Part shown: positions 15,877 through 25,102 of the stretch, piece by piece
Numbering within the stretch: the first letter of the stretch is position 1
How the letters are laid out: every line of letters begins with the position of its first letter
NCBI GenBank assembly: GCA_041538025.1
Contig: JBGOEV010000001.1
Span: 14,205 to 78,204, forward strand
Direction: 5' to 3'
DNA length: 64,000 nucleotides
Source: Candidatus Thermosaccharophagus gerlachensis
Lineage (GTDB): Bacteria; Armatimonadota; Fervidibacteria; Fervidibacterales; Thermosaccharophagaceae
Position numbers and translations under genes: made by a program
Notes under the pieces: generated by a model
The model's input: the letters and a program-made list of their open reading frames with translations, nothing else
What the model was told of the DNA's origin: nothing
Database searches by the model: none

Positions 15877-17057
15877 TTAATGTGCTTGACTTCGTCCAGC
15901 TTAGGCGTCAGATGAATGAAATGGTGTTAGAGCAAATAGCACACCATGACGTCATGGCTGAAAGGATAAAAAGAGCTGTAAGTGAATTGAAGTCCTTTGC
16001 ACAGAGATGGGAGGATATTCTGAGTAAGGTAAAGTCGAGCAAGACATCTTGGCTTGTTGCATTGCCGACGGGTCGGCTTGATCAAAAACTTGAAGCGTTA
16101 TCTACTAAGCGTCCTTTAACAGTTATGGCAAGCGATGGCTCACAGATCTTTCCAGATAGGCATGAAGTAGCGTTATGCTATCTCATCAACATAGGCTTGG
16201 TAGCATTGCATTACGGCACCGGTGAGCCACCCATAATGCAAAGTCACCCGTTGCTCTACTATCGTGAGGAAGACCTTTACGAACAGTGGGGTGGTAGAAA
16301 GGTCCTGCTCAACTACGACATTGTCTCCATCAAACGCCAACTGCTTGAGATTGAGATGCTTGCCGAGCTCGCAAGCTCCTTGGGAGGGCAGCACGAAAAA
16401 GTTGCATTCCTTGATGGTTCCCTCATACTGTGGCGATTGGAAGGTATGCCGGAGGATTTCACAAATGTGATCATCAGGAGGTTGTTAACAGCGCTTGCTG
16501 AGTTCAAGAAGATGGGCATACCAGTCGCTGGTTATATCAGCTCGCCTGGTTCGTGTGATGTTGTGAATATGCTTAAGGTTTGCATCTGTCCTTATGAATG
16601 CCCGAACTGCGACAAATGCGAATCCAAGCGTGAAACTGGCATACCACATTGTGCTTGTATTGATGGCGTTACGGATGCAGCATTGTTTCGACGCATCTTG
16701 AGAGAAGGCGAGTGGACTGAGCCGTTTCAAAGCACCTCAAAAATACTTGAGCGATATGGTGAACATGCTATCATGTTCTCCTACCTGAATGTTGGTTATG
16801 AGGTTGTTAGGGTTGAGATGCCAATGTGGGTGGCAATGGATAAGTCCATGAAGGAGCTCGTTATGGCTACCGCATATGAACAGGCTATGAAAGGTGGTGG
16901 GTATCCAGTAGTTTTGGCGGAGGCACATGAGCGTGCGCTTATACGAGGTAATGAGCGCGAGCTTTTCTTCAGGATGCTTGAGGAGACTTTCATCCGTCAC
17001 AATGTCAGGGTGAGCATGTCCCTGAAGATGCTTGCAAAGCGTATACCACCGATTTGA
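15873..17057 (+). CDS. NurA-domain nuclease-like protein with a Cys-rich insertion
   Basis: NurA-type acidic motifs are present: VMASDGSQIFPD, VAFLDGSLILW and VLAEAHERALIRG. The insertion is CICPYECPNCDKCESKRETGIPHCAC. The start is uncertain. GTG 15873 overlaps the kinase stop codon, while GTG 15882 has better RBS spacing. Confidence 0.6.
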   Translation: MINVLDFVQLRRQMNEMVLEQIAHHDVMAERIKRAVSELKSFAQRWEDILSKVKSSKTSWLVALPTGRLDQKLEALSTKRPLTVMASDGSQIFPDRHEVALCYLINIGLVALHYGTGEPPIMQSHPLLYYREEDLYEQWGGRKVLLNYDIVSIKRQLLEIEMLAELASSLGGQHEKVAFLDGSLILWRLEGMPEDFTNVIIRRLLTALAEFKKMGIPVAGYISSPGSCDVVNMLKVCICPYECPNCDKCESKRETGIPHCACIDGVTDAALFRRILREGEWTEPFQSTSKILERYGEHAIMFSYLNVGYEVVRVEMPMWVAMDKSMKELVMATAYEQAMKGGGYPVVLAEAHERALIRGNERELFFRMLEETFIRHNVRVSMSLKMLAKRIPPI

Positions 17058-17083
17058 AACAGCCATCTTACTGCTAAGGTGAT

Positions 17084-19720
17084 GTGGCTAAAATGAACTG
17101 CAAAGAAACCCACAAGCTCAAAAGCGTGAGTCAAGCGGAGTTGCTTCATAAGTTACATGAGTTCGTTTTTCCAAATGTGCAGAAGGCAGCGAGGTATATT
17201 GGTGGCGAAGTAAATTGTGTGCTCAAAAGCGACTTCAAATTGCACTTCGCTATCGCTTTCCCCGATGTTTATGAGGTTGGTATGTCAAGCACTGGTTTGA
17301 GCATCATCTATCATGTCCTAAACAGCCTTAACGATGTGCAGGCTGAAAGGGTCTTCTCACCTTGGCATGATATGGAAGCATTGATGAGGGCTCACAGCCT
17401 ACCTTTGTATGGCTTGGAAACGTTTACGCCGTTGTGGAAGTTTGACGCTATCGGCTTCTCGCTACCTTATGAATTGCTCGGAACAAACATGCTTCAGATC
17501 CTTGAGCTGTCTGGTATACCATTACTTTCAAGCGAGAGGGGCGATGATGATCCAATAGTTATCGCTGGCGGGTGCGCTGTAGTTAACCCAGAGCCATTCG
17601 CCGAATTCATTGATGCATTTTGCATTGGTGATGGGGAGGAAGTTGTCGTTGAAGTTGCTCAAACTCTTATCCGGACAAAAGGGATGACGAGAAGAAAGAG
17701 GCTTGAGAAGCTCGCCGAGATTGAGGGCATATATGTGCCATCTTTGTATGAGCTTGAAAGCCTGCATGACGGGACTATTATCGTGAGGGGAGCGGGAAAG
17801 AGTGTGCGAATAAAAAGACGCATAACACAAGACTTGGATGAAGCTCCTTTCCCAACAAAGCCAGTTGTGCCGTGGGTTGAGTTAATACATGACAGAGCTA
17901 ATATTGAAGTGTTCAGGGGATGCACGAGAGGATGTAGGTTCTGTCAGGCTGGCATGATCACAAGACCAGTTAGAGAAAGAAGCCTTCAAAAGTTAATCGA
18001 AAGAGCATGCTCCATTGCGAGACATACAGGATATGACGAGGTAGGCTTACTCTCGCTAAACACATATGACTACAGCGCTATAGGCGAACTCGTTTGCGGG
18101 TTGCTCTTTAATCCGGTTCGCTTGCCACTTTTCCTTTCGCTACCCTCTTCGCGGATGGACAGCTTTGATTTGTCTATTGCTCAGCTGGTGCACGGGAGTA
18201 GAAGGACAGGGTTAACATTCGCCCCAGAGGCTGGCACTGAGAGGTTGAGGCGTGTTATTAACAAGCCAATTAGTGACGAGCAAATCTTTAGCTTACTTGA
18301 TGCCGTTTTCCAAGCTGGTTGGGATACGGTAAAGCTTTATTTCATGATTGGACTGCCAACTGAAAGTGAAGAAGACGTGCTCTCCATAGCTGAGCTTTGC
18401 AATGAGGTTGCAAGGAGGGCACTCTCATCAAACAAGCGTGCGAAGCTCCATATATCAGTCGCAACATTTGTCCCAAAGCCTCATACACCTTTCCAATGGG
18501 AGAGGCAAATAGGACTTGATGAATCTAAGGCTAAGCAGCGCATGTTGCTCAAGCACATCAGGAGGAGAAACATAACATTGAAGTTCCATGATAATCGGCT
18601 CAGCTTCCTTGAAGGTGTCTTTTGTCGTGGTGATAGAAGGCTTTGTAGCGTCTTGCTTGAAGCCTATCGGCTTGGATGCAGGTTTGATGGTTGGAGTGAA
18701 CAATTGAGATGGAATGAGTGGATGCGTTCTTTTGAAGCTATTGGTATTGACCCTCAGCACTATCTCCGTGAGCGCTCACAAGATGAACCACTCCCTTGGG
18801 ATCATATTGATGTCCATGTGGATAAGGGTTTCCTTTTGAGCGAGCGTTTGAGGGCTCTTGAAGGTGAGGTAACGCAGGATTGCAGATTTGGAGGATGTGT
18901 TAAGTGTGGAACGTATGCCGTTGCATCAAAAGCTTGTTCCATAGCTATGCGCTTGCGTGAGCGTATTGAGGGCAAAAGCTTAAATGTGCGAGATTGGGTC
19001 GCTAAGCTTAAAACACGCATGCCAGCAAATCCCGTGCAGCGGATCCGTTTCAGGTGGACTAAACTCGGCAGGCTGCGCTTCCTGTCGCATATTGAGATGG
19101 TTAAAGCACTGCAGAGGGGTATATTGCGCAGTGGGTTGAAGGTATCGTATTCACGCGGTTTTAATCCTCAACCAAGGTTTTCGTTCGGGATGGCAATGCC
19201 TGTCGGGATTGAAAGCGTAGCTGAATATGCGGATGTATGGCTTGATGAGTGGGTTCCACCAGATGAGTTCATAAGGGTATGTAATGAGCAGTTGCCAGAT
19301 GGATGTAAAGTCCTTGATGCTGTTTCTGTGCCGTTAAATGCGCCTTCGTTTGTGCCATTCATATTTAGCTCTGTCTACGAAGTAAGGCTACCAAGAGTGC
19401 TCGTCAAAAGCGAGCTTTGCCACCTTGAGGAGCTTATAAGTGCAAGCTTGCTAAAGGTGACCTGCGAAACTGGTGCAAGCGATTATATTGCAAGGCACAG
19501 CATTGAGGTTCATTTAGAAGACGATGAAGTGTTTTTGCGAATTGAACTGCCGGATGGACAAAAAGTTCATTGTCGTCCGATTGACTTCCTCAAGTCAGCC
19601 CTAAGCATAGCTGATGAGGACTTGTGTCTCGTAAAGGTGATTAAGCAAGCCACCTTGTGCAACATTAATGGTATGCTCTTATCGCCCTTTGAAGCTATCA
19701 AACCTATACCAAGGGAGTGA
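17084..19720 (+). CDS. Fused radical SAM protein (B12-binding-like N-domain plus radical SAM core plus DUF2344-like C-domain)
   Basis: FRGCTRGCRFCQAGMITRP is the CxxxCxxC radical SAM motif. The C-terminal third (RIRFRWTKLGRLRFLSHIEMVKALQRGILRSGLKVSYSRGFNPQPRFSF) resembles the radical-SAM-linked DUF2344 family, which in many genomes is a separate gene. Confidence 0.8.
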   Translation: MAKMNCKETHKLKSVSQAELLHKLHEFVFPNVQKAARYIGGEVNCVLKSDFKLHFAIAFPDVYEVGMSSTGLSIIYHVLNSLNDVQAERVFSPWHDMEALMRAHSLPLYGLETFTPLWKFDAIGFSLPYELLGTNMLQILELSGIPLLSSERGDDDPIVIAGGCAVVNPEPFAEFIDAFCIGDGEEVVVEVAQTLIRTKGMTRRKRLEKLAEIEGIYVPSLYELESLHDGTIIVRGAGKSVRIKRRITQDLDEAPFPTKPVVPWVELIHDRANIEVFRGCTRGCRFCQAGMITRPVRERSLQKLIERACSIARHTGYDEVGLLSLNTYDYSAIGELVCGLLFNPVRLPLFLSLPSSRMDSFDLSIAQLVHGSRRTGLTFAPEAGTERLRRVINKPISDEQIFSLLDAVFQAGWDTVKLYFMIGLPTESEEDVLSIAELCNEVARRALSSNKRAKLHISVATFVPKPHTPFQWERQIGLDESKAKQRMLLKHIRRRNITLKFHDNRLSFLEGVFCRGDRRLCSVLLEAYRLGCRFDGWSEQLRWNEWMRSFEAIGIDPQHYLRERSQDEPLPWDHIDVHVDKGFLLSERLRALEGEVTQDCRFGGCVKCGTYAVASKACSIAMRLRERIEGKSLNVRDWVAKLKTRMPANPVQRIRFRWTKLGRLRFLSHIEMVKALQRGILRSGLKVSYSRGFNPQPRFSFGMAMPVGIESVAEYADVWLDEWVPPDEFIRVCNEQLPDGCKVLDAVSVPLNAPSFVPFIFSSVYEVRLPRVLVKSELCHLEELISASLLKVTCETGASDYIARHSIEVHLEDDEVFLRIELPDGQKVHCRPIDFLKSALSIADEDLCLVKVIKQATLCNINGMLLSPFEAIKPIPRE

Positions 19721-19744
19721 TAGCATTCGCTGAACTGAAGTTGC

Positions 19745-20917
19745 TCACTCACTTTCTGAGCGTCCACTGGAACGGCGCAGAAATGTCGGTGTGTCTATCC
19801 CTTCGTCCACCTCTTTGAGGATTTCGTCAATTGAACGAATTGTTGGTCTTGCTTCTTGGCGTGGTGTTTCAACACTGCTTGAAGTTGATACCGGTTCTCT
19901 CCTTTCCCTATGTGGTTGTCTTACGCTTATCTCTTCCGCAGCTTCAACTGGCTTTGTTGGCTCAGTCTTAAAACCTGTTGCAATCAGTGTTACCCTTATC
20001 TCATCGCTCATCCCTTCATCAAGCACCAAGCCCATACGCAGGTCTAAGTCCTCTACACCAGCAGCTTCCCTGATGATGTTAAGCATCTCGTGCAACTCAG
20101 AAACGGGCATATCCACTGGTGCAACAATGTTGAGCAGTGCTTTCGTTGCGCCTTCAATTGAATACTCAAGGAGCGGGCTTGATATAGCGCTTCTTGCAGC
20201 GTCCCCAGAGCGATCATCGCCTCTACCACTACCAATGCCAATCAGCGCTATACCAGCATTGGAGAGGATGTTCCTTACATCAGCGAAGTCAATGTTGATA
20301 TACCCGGGTCTAACTATGAGGTCACTTATGCCTTGAACTGCCATCCTCAGAACTTCATCAACCATCTCAAAAGCATCTTTCAAAGAGAGGCGTCTATCAG
20401 CAAGCTGCCATATCCTGTCATTCGGTATTGTGATGACAGCGTCCACATATTGCTTGAGCTCTTGGATACCTTCAATGGCTATTCTCATCTTCGCTGGACC
20501 TTCCTCTGTAAAAGGCTTTGTCACGACTGCAACAGTTAGTGCTCCCATCTCACGGGCTATTTGCGCTATCACTGGCGCTGCACCAGTCCCAGTTCCTCCG
20601 CCCATGCCAGCAGCTATGAAAACCATATCTACATGCTCGAGCGCTGAGGCTATGGCATCCCTGTCTGCTTCAGCTGCTTGTTTGCCAATAGCTGGGTCTC
20701 CGCCGGTTCCAAGCCCACCTGTTATGCGCTGTCCTATCTGAACTTTTTTGTGAGCTAATGACTTAGCTAAGTCCTGCGCATCAGTGTTTATAGCTATGAA
20801 TTCAACGCCTTCCAAGTTAGAGGCAATCATATGGTTGAGCGCATTGCCACCACCACCGCCAACCCCCATGACCTTTATGATAGCCCTACTTTTGTAATCA
20901 CCTGTCACCCTCTCCAT
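19745..20917 (-). CDS. ftsZ: Cell division GTPase FtsZ
   Basis: The motifs are IKVMGVGGGGGNALNHM...AGMGGGTGTGAAPVIA... Confidence 0.97.
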   Translation of the reverse strand: MERVTGDYKSRAIIKVMGVGGGGGNALNHMIASNLEGVEFIAINTDAQDLAKSLAHKKVQIGQRITGGLGTGGDPAIGKQAAEADRDAIASALEHVDMVFIAAGMGGGTGTGAAPVIAQIAREMGALTVAVVTKPFTEEGPAKMRIAIEGIQELKQYVDAVITIPNDRIWQLADRRLSLKDAFEMVDEVLRMAVQGISDLIVRPGYINIDFADVRNILSNAGIALIGIGSGRGDDRSGDAARSAISSPLLEYSIEGATKALLNIVAPVDMPVSELHEMLNIIREAAGVEDLDLRMGLVLDEGMSDEIRVTLIATGFKTEPTKPVEAAEEISVRQPHRERREPVSTSSSVETPRQEARPTIRSIDEILKEVDEGIDTPTFLRRSSGRSESE

Positions 20918-21095
20918 GTTAACATCCCTCCCACTTCTTGAAGCAATACTAAAGGTTTACCACCTGCGTAAAATACCCTTGCTGTGCAACTGCAGTTAAT
21001 CTTATTTTCATTATGTGCTGTGGTAGGTAACATAGTCAAGCCTGCTGTCCTCTGCAATTTAAGTATGACATAAAGTTTCCGACAGATGCCTAACC

Positions 21096-22265
21096 CTACT
21101 TTCGTTCCATCTTAGCTACTTGCTGTTTGGCGAATTCTTTTGCCCATGCATCTGCTTCCATAATATCGTCAAGCGATGGCTTTTCAATCGTATTATGTGC
21201 TGCCATGACATTTTCAATTACACGAGGTATGTCCATAAAGCCTATCTTGCCGTTCAAGAAAGCGTTTACAGCGACTTCATCTGCAGCGCTCATAACCGCT
21301 GGCATTGTCCCACCAATCCTTGCAGCCTCCATAGCGAGTTGTAGACACGGGAAACGCTTCAAGTCTGGAGGTTCAAATGTAAGTGTGCCTATGGAGAGCA
21401 AGTCACAGCTTGCAACTAACGATTGAAGCCTGTATGGGTATAGGAGTGCATACTGTATTGGGAGACGCATATCCGGCATGCTGAGTTGAGCCTTTATAGA
21501 ACCGTCTACAAACTCAACAAGTGAATGGATGATGCTTTGTGGGTGAATAAGCACATCTATCTTCTGTGGCACCACATCAAACAGCCACATCGCTTCAATT
21601 ATCTCAAGCCCTTTGTTCATCAGTGTTGCTGAATCAATCGTCACCTTAGTTCCCATACGCCAAGTGGGGTGGGAAAGCGCTTCTTGTGGCGTCACCGCTT
21701 CAAGCTCTTCCAGTGTCTTTTGCCTGAACGGACCACCGGAGGCAGTAAGTATAAGTCGTTTTATGCTCTCGCGCTTCTCACCGAGCAAGCATTGGAATAA
21801 GGCACTATGTTCACTATCAACCGGTATAAGTTCTCCCTTCCCTTCACGCCATGCTTTAGTGACTATCTCACCCCCTGCTACGAGTGCCTCTTTGTTTGCC
21901 AATGCAAGACGCTTGCCCAACTCAAGTGTCTTCAAGGTCGGCAATAAGCCAATGTTACCACTAACTGCATTCAAAACCGTGTCAACTGTCTCAAGCATTA
22001 CAAGTTCAATTAATCCATCCAAGCCACCATGCACTTCTAAATCTCTATCTTCAATCGTCGCTTTAACTTCTTCTGCCACATTGACATCGTAGAGGCAAAT
22101 GTGCTTTGCACCACATGCCTTTGCCTGCTTGATGAGCAGATCAGCGTTTGAGTGTGCTGCCAGCGCAACCACATTCAACTTATCGTTATGCGCCTTAGCT
22201 ACTTCAATCGCTTGTCTCCCTATTGAACCAGTGGAACCAAGTATCGCAAGCCTTCTCACTTCCAT
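21096..22265 (-). CDS. dxr: 1-deoxy-D-xylulose-5-phosphate reductoisomerase
   Basis: The motifs are LAILGSTGSIGRQAIEV...LANKEALV...PVDSEHSALFQCL...HPTWRMG. Confidence 0.95.
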   Translation of the reverse strand: MEVRRLAILGSTGSIGRQAIEVAKAHNDKLNVVALAAHSNADLLIKQAKACGAKHICLYDVNVAEEVKATIEDRDLEVHGGLDGLIELVMLETVDTVLNAVSGNIGLLPTLKTLELGKRLALANKEALVAGGEIVTKAWREGKGELIPVDSEHSALFQCLLGEKRESIKRLILTASGGPFRQKTLEELEAVTPQEALSHPTWRMGTKVTIDSATLMNKGLEIIEAMWLFDVVPQKIDVLIHPQSIIHSLVEFVDGSIKAQLSMPDMRLPIQYALLYPYRLQSLVASCDLLSIGTLTFEPPDLKRFPCLQLAMEAARIGGTMPAVMSAADEVAVNAFLNGKIGFMDIPRVIENVMAAHNTIEKPSLDDIMEADAWAKEFAKQQVAKMERK

Positions 22266-22274
22266 ATACCCTTT

Positions 22275-22958
22275 TCACCTTAACCACCTAAGGAATGCTT
22301 GTGCGATGACATAGGGCGCACGCTCAACCCCTATTGAGGCTACATTGATTATGATGTGATAAAGCGAAGGGTCATTCCAATCAACACCGTAAAACTGGCG
22401 CAGGTAAAGTGAGCGCCTACGATCATGTTTAGCAATTTCACTTTTTGCCTGCTCCAAAGAAATGTTCAAAGAGTTAGCAAGGTTCTCTATGCGCCATTGA
22501 AGAGGCGCTGTTAGACGCACGTGAAACGCTTTCTCCTTGCCCTTTAGGATAGCCATAGCGCCTCTCCCAACAATGACGACATTGCCTCTATCATAGAGGC
22601 GCTCAATTAGTTGCCGTGTTAATTCAACATAAGCATCATGGTCAAAGGAGCTGTATTGTGGTGTATCGGTTTTCCACTCAGTTGAAAGAGCATTGACGAA
22701 ATGCCTTATAAGGCTCGGTGTCCAATGAACATCAGCATATTTGCCTCCGTGGTGAAGCAGTGAATAAATGAACCGCATAATTGGGTGCATGTGCATCTCG
22801 TCAAACTTTTCAACCTCATCTTCAGGCAGGTTAGCTCTCTCAGCAACCCACTTTATCACCTCTCTATCAACAAGCTCATATCCGAGCATGTTAGCTAACC
22901 TCTGAGCTATCAACTCACCACTACAACCGTGTGTCCTGCTTATAGTTATGGTCGCCAT
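22275..22958 (-). CDS. Cytidylate-kinase-like family protein (P-loop NTPase-like, degenerate Walker A)
   Basis: The N-terminus is MATITISRTHGCSGELIAQRLANMLGYELVDREVI. The protein has the typical length and layout of the Cytidylate_kin2-type family. It sits 9 nt upstream of dxr. Confidence 0.6.
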   Translation of the reverse strand: MATITISRTHGCSGELIAQRLANMLGYELVDREVIKWVAERANLPEDEVEKFDEMHMHPIMRFIYSLLHHGGKYADVHWTPSLIRHFVNALSTEWKTDTPQYSSFDHDAYVELTRQLIERLYDRGNVVIVGRGAMAILKGKEKAFHVRLTAPLQWRIENLANSLNISLEQAKSEIAKHDRRRSLYLRQFYGVDWNDPSLYHIIINVASIGVERAPYVIAQAFLRWLR

Positions 22959-23120
22959 AAAGCCATCACCTGGACTAACTGAATTTAAGGCGAAGCCATC
23001 TTTAAGCTACATAGCAAAGCTTCAGCAAGGCAGAAACGGTAATAGCTTAAGAAACTTTAAGTCATCGTGATACAATTTTATGCCGAGAATCAATTGCCTG
23101 CAATACGGAGGTGCTTCAAA

Positions 23121-23960
23121 GTGCGCAAGCTCTTCGTGGCAGTGGTGGTTTTGTGTTTGTTCGTCCCTTCCAAATACTCATATGCTCAGCGCATCCTCTT
23201 CACAATTACTGATAGCATGACATTGCGTGATGTCCTCCAACTTATCTCCAATCGCACAGGACAGGTAATCTATGTCTCAAAGCAGGATAGCAAAGTAATA
23301 AGGCATTACCGCTTCCCACCGCATATGATTGGTGTTACGATTAAGGCTAATACTGCGGGGCAAGCGCTTTCATTCCTTTTTGGTGCTGGTTGGGAAGGCT
23401 CTCCTATACCAGTTGATGCTCGTGCAAAACTTAACGAGACATATATGCTCTCACACACACCACCACCGATAAAAATCGCTAACTACACATTGTGGTCTTG
23501 CAACAATCGCTATTTTGATTGGGAACCTGTTAATGGCAATGCACGTGTCATCGTTCGGTTACAACCAGATGGAGACCTGTTTAAGCGTGAACCATTTGAG
23601 CTTGAGCTTGCCGATGAGTTCACGCTTGATACTATTCGGGACATGATAAAACAACGAACTGGCATCTACATAAACATTGAGCCAGAGGAACATAGGTTCA
23701 TGCCTTCAAACCTCTTACCGCAATACAAGTTCATGAAAGCAAAAGAGCCGTTCCTTGTCCCGATGAGGGTCGCACAGTTGTCACTGCTTTTTGGTGCTCT
23801 CCTTAACGAGAAGTGGACACTTGGCGAATGGCTTTCCATCATTGCAGAAGGCTTAAACTTACACTCTCGTCAAAGGGGCTGCTTGTGGAAGTGGACAACA
23901 TGGGTTAATGGAGGTAAACCAATTTACACATTGCGTTGCTATGCTCATCCAAAGTTTTAG
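23121..23960 (+). CDS. Secreted hypothetical protein with two secretin-N/STN-like modules
   Basis: I chose the GTG at 23121 because GGAGGTG lies 7 nt upstream. The signal peptide is RKLFVAVVVLCLFVPSKYSYAQ. The modules are FTITDSMTLRDVLQLISNRTGQVIYV and LELADEFTLDTIRDMIKQRTGIYINI. Confidence 0.55.
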   Translation: MRKLFVAVVVLCLFVPSKYSYAQRILFTITDSMTLRDVLQLISNRTGQVIYVSKQDSKVIRHYRFPPHMIGVTIKANTAGQALSFLFGAGWEGSPIPVDARAKLNETYMLSHTPPPIKIANYTLWSCNNRYFDWEPVNGNARVIVRLQPDGDLFKREPFELELADEFTLDTIRDMIKQRTGIYINIEPEEHRFMPSNLLPQYKFMKAKEPFLVPMRVAQLSLLFGALLNEKWTLGEWLSIIAEGLNLHSRQRGCLWKWTTWVNGGKPIYTLRCYAHPKF

Positions 23961-24026
23961 CGCCTTAGTCCATCAGACTTATTATGCCAGTATACAGCCA
24001 AAGGTCGTTGAAGGGAGAACTTAAAA

Positions 24027-25067
24027 GTGAATGGTGACGAGGTGCAAAGGGATTTGCAAGGTTCGTCAAATTCAGTATCTGGAGCAACGAAATCAAGTTT
24101 TGCAACAGCACTTGATGTGGCTGGAGATGTTTTTCTGCGTTTCTTAAAAGCGGAGTGGTCTGCACCTTTGATAAGCCTTGTTCTTTTGGTCATCTGCTTC
24201 AGCCTTGTCTCAGAAGCTTTCAGGAGGCTTGAGAACTTCTACAACATTGGTCTTCAAGCACCTATCATAGCCGTAATCGCTGTCGGACAAACACTCATCA
24301 TAACAGCTGGTGGCATTGACTTATCAGTTGGTTCTGTGCTTGCTTTTGCTTCTGTGAATGCAGCTTGGTTGCTTAACAAAGGCTATAGCCCGCACCTTGG
24401 TTTGCTTGTTGCTGTTCTTACGGGGTGTTTCTGTGGTTTGATCAATGGCTCGCTCGTTGTATTTGGGCGCTTGCCACCATTTATAGCCACACTCGGTATG
24501 ATGGGCATAGCAAGAGGGCTGGCTCACTTAATAAGTGGTGGCGTTAGCATTTATATCCCGCAAAGCTGGTTTTGGGGCATCAGCAGTCAGAAGATTCTAT
24601 TCATGCCGATGCCTTTCCTTATAGCTATTCTTGTTGCATTTGCTGGTCATATTACGCTCGCATATACGCGTCTTGGAAGGCATCTTTATGCAGTTGGTGG
24701 TAGCTACGAAGCAGCACGCCTCTCCGGAGTCCCGGTCAAACTTGTGCTATTGATTGCTTTCGTGCTATGTGGGTTATGCACGGGTATAGCATCGGTCATT
24801 GAAGCTTCAAGGGTAACTGTTGGTTCGCCGATGAGCGGTATTATGTATGAGTTGCACGCTATAGCAGCCTGTGTCATTGGTGGTGCAAGTTTATCTGGAG
24901 GTAGAGGAACAATCATTGGGACAATAGCAGGAGCTTTATTAATGGCTGTTTTGAGAAATGGTTGTGATGCGCTCAACCTGCGTTACGAGTATCAGCAGAT
25001 CGTCATAGGGATAGCCGTGATAATAGCTGTCCTTTATGATCGGTGGAGACATGAGAGAACAAGGTAA
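24027..25067 (+). CDS. ABC transporter permease, ribose/monosaccharide (RbsC/BPD_transp_2) type
   Basis: The motif is GQTLIITAGGIDLSVGSVLAFASV...GGASLSGGRGTIIGTIAGALLMAVLRNG. The protein has multiple TM helices. Confidence 0.85.
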   Translation: MNGDEVQRDLQGSSNSVSGATKSSFATALDVAGDVFLRFLKAEWSAPLISLVLLVICFSLVSEAFRRLENFYNIGLQAPIIAVIAVGQTLIITAGGIDLSVGSVLAFASVNAAWLLNKGYSPHLGLLVAVLTGCFCGLINGSLVVFGRLPPFIATLGMMGIARGLAHLISGGVSIYIPQSWFWGISSQKILFMPMPFLIAILVAFAGHITLAYTRLGRHLYAVGGSYEAARLSGVPVKLVLLIAFVLCGLCTGIASVIEASRVTVGSPMSGIMYELHAIAACVIGGASLSGGRGTIIGTIAGALLMAVLRNGCDALNLRYEYQQIVIGIAVIIAVLYDRWRHERTR

Positions 25068-25102
25068 CAAAGGATGCAAAGCCTTTTGTAGTTTGCCTTC
25101 AC

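Noticed and set aside
19791-20741. Plus-strand ORFs of 181, 68 and 103 aa antisense to ftsZ.
   Set aside because: ftsZ is unambiguous on the minus strand. The antisense products are Ser/Leu-rich with no motifs.
21120-22314. Plus-strand ORFs antisense to dxr (74, 99, 159 and 71 aa).
   Set aside because: The reasoning is the same: dxr motifs are unambiguous on the minus strand, and the antisense ORFs lack RBS and motifs.
25068-25102. A weak AAAGG/CCTTT hairpin between the convergent permease and D-aminoacylase genes, considered as a bidirectional terminator.
   Set aside because: The stem is only 5-6 bp with an 8-nt loop, and the U-tract is poor. This is too weak to call.
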